Source: Squalus acanthias (lineage: Eukaryota). From it: 64,000 nucleotides of DNA. The position numbers and the translations under genes were made by a program. Below, in pieces: positions 61,790 to 64,000 of this stretch (position 1 is the stretch's first letter; every line of letters starts with the position of its first letter). The notes below the pieces were generated by a model that was given only the letters and a program-made list of their open reading frames with translations, was not told the origin of the DNA and searched no databases. The stretch is from the NCBI GenBank assembly GCA_030390025.1, contig CM059432.1, positions 43,774,001-43,838,000 on the forward strand, read 5' to 3'.

Positions 61790-62083
61790 CATTCTCATAT
61801 CTGGACTAGAATGTTCTGAGTTCAAGTTCCATTCCAGCACATAATCTGTGATGACACTCCAGTACAGTGATGAGAGACTGTTACATTGATGGGACTGTCG
61901 TCCTTCAGAGGAGTTGTTGAATTGAGATCCATCTGTGTGATTCAGGTGGAAATTAAAGATCCCATGATATTATTCCAGGAAGAGAAGAGAGTTCTCCTGA
62001 TGTCTTGATCAACATTCCTCCCTCAAGCAACACTACCAAAAACTGGTCATTCATCTCAGTGCTATTTGTGGGATCTTGCTGTT
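61790..62083 (+). mobile_element. Deu-domain SINE (SacSINE1-like), decayed
   Basis: B-box-like GAGTTCAAGTTCC, CAGGTGG...AAAGATCCCATG, TTTGTGGGATCTTGCTGT blocks. Confidence 0.72.
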
Positions 62084-62311
62084 TTTACCTAGATTACAGC
62101 TGTAACTGCATTCCAGAGTGATTAATTTGGGGTAGGCAGAAGCTCCACCCACAAGCAAAGCTACAGGAGACTCTCAGACAAAGTGAGGAGCTAATGCATC
62201 TGAGCCCTGGTTTGTTTTTCAGCCACACTCCTGCTAGAGTTGCAATGGGAAGTGCACCAGAAAGGCCACAGGATATTGGCCCCATAATGCAAAACCACAA
62301 AATCAAATATG

Positions 62312-62518
62312 GCTAAGAAGATCATTTAGAGCTCCACTGCCTATGGAGCTTCTCTTAAGTTCACTCCAGATGGATGAAGGAAGCACCCAGTGAAATCTCA
62401 CTCTAACCAGATGGGAAATCTTGCAATGCTTCATTTAAATGCAGTCCATTGCCTGTTCTGGCATGCAGTTAGGCACCACTATTTCCAGAATTAAGCAATA
62501 TTCCAATGTTAAATATTT
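62312..62518. repeat. 207-bp direct repeat, copy 2
   Basis: Matches 60462-60668. Confidence 0.93.
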
Positions 62519-63189
62519 TATGTTCAAAAAAGTATGCCTCATATTTTCAGTGAAAATCTAAATGACACATGCAAATGTCAGAGATTCCCTGAAAATTCAG
62601 TTTGGCCAACTAGTTCAGCTCTGGGTAGCAATTTAGATTGCCTTTAATATGTTTCTGTTAAGAGTCACATTGAAAAATGGACAATATTCTGACTGCAATT
62701 TCAGTCTCCACAAATTTATGTGGAGTAAACCTGATGACAAGATAAGGTAGTAATAGCTAGAGAGGATAGATGAATATATTTTCATTTTGGAGGATACTAG
62801 CTTACTTAGGTTACATTTTCCACTCACAGCACCCTCTTGCTGATAGCCCACAAGGGACCCTTATCTTTTGTGGATAATAATCATAAAAGTATGTATATAT
62901 GTGTTGACATCTCAAAATGGTATAGAAAGCACCTGATCAACAAGACGGACTACCACATCTTAAAGTGCACTCAGAAAATTTGGTTTAAAAAACCAGATTG
63001 ACAAAATAGAAATTTCTCTGCCCATGGAAAAAAACTTTTTTAAAGGCAATTATTAGTATTGCCGATAATAAAATTAGAAATATGGTTCGTGGTAAATTTT
63101 AATTCTAGCTTAAAAGTTTAAATATTAGTATTATCCGATCTGTTTATTGAACTACTCTTAAGTTTTATTATTATTATTAAGAAGCCACA

Positions 63190-63785
63190 GGGGCGATCTT
63201 CCACTTCCGCCTGAAACGGGCATGAAGTCAGCGGAGTGGCCCTGCCGCCCGCCCATTGGTGCCGGTGTGAGGCCTGAGCTATTTTGAGTCCCACTGCAGC
63301 TCGCCATTTCTGGGAGGGTGCAAAATTGGCCAAATCCCATGCTGGTTGGCAGGTATGGTCTAGCGGTGGGGGGGAATGGGAGGGGATGGCTATCCAGTGG
63401 GCAATGGGGTCTCGAAAGGGCTGGCAGCCGACCGGAGATTTTTTTGGATGCCCAGCTGCAGCACTCCTGCTCCTTCTGGACTCACCACAAAAATAAAAAT
63501 TACAAGTTTCCTGGTCCATTTTTTGAGCGACTACCAGCAGTCCCTCGAAGGACCTGTTGGTTAAACTGCTCACCGCATGGTCCCGGCGTAGGACCCCGAT
63601 TTGCATATTTAAGCAGTCTCCAGCCTGTCTCAGGTCGGCAGATTGCTTGCCAATTTACAGGCCCGTGTGAAAATGGCATCAGGCGGGTCTTGAGCATTAA
63701 TGGGGCAGCCAAGGTGCCATCCTGCAACCCCCCACCCCACCAATTTTCAATTACTAACGGGCAGCCGGCAGTTGAAAATCGCCCC
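63190..63785. mobile_element. Harbinger-like MITE
   Basis: TIR GGGGCGATCTTC / GAAAATCGCCCC; TSD not matched. Confidence 0.68.
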
Positions 63786-64000
63786 CCTGATCACTTTATT
63801 GCAATTCATACAGTGTGTATGCATGCCTACTTCTTCTTACCACTGTGTTTCTCCCTAGGGTCTGTGTGTGATGTTTGAACTCTTAAAACTAATCTAGTGT
63901 TCCTCCTAGATGATACCTGAGTGGCAAGAATGCATTAGCTGACTGGTTGCTACGTCTCATGATGAGCATCTTGGGACTGAGGTGGTCTTTGTCCCATGAC

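Noticed and set aside
63118..63878. Overlapping 162-aa and 186-aa ORFs
   Set aside because: Largely inside a GC-rich MITE, with no recognisable motif

Overview
Eukaryotic, repeat-dominated DNA, almost certainly from a cartilaginous fish (shark). It carries shark-type CR1 LINEs, V-SINE/HE1-like and Deu-domain SINEs, and Penelope pieces. I found no convincing host exon, RNA gene or CRISPR array; most of the window is nested transposable elements. Main contents: (i) three diverged, decayed two-gene PIF/Harbinger transposons, each with a DDE transposase and a convergent three-exon Myb/SANT gene, plus about ten non-autonomous Harbinger derivatives with 3-bp target duplications; (ii) a young full-length Gypsy LTR retrotransposon (49884-54327, minus strand, 194-bp LTRs differing at one site, ATGGT TSD) with a YLDN RT motif and no tRNA primer-binding site, but an 11-nt LTR/leader complementarity that suggests self-priming; (iii) several CR1 families and a second LINE type; (iv) two long solo LTRs with 4-bp TSDs; (v) Penelope remnants with minimal hammerhead-ribozyme motifs, one of them a fold-back; (vi) TA-target and hAT MITEs. 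All coordinates and identities were read by eye and are approximate where stated.
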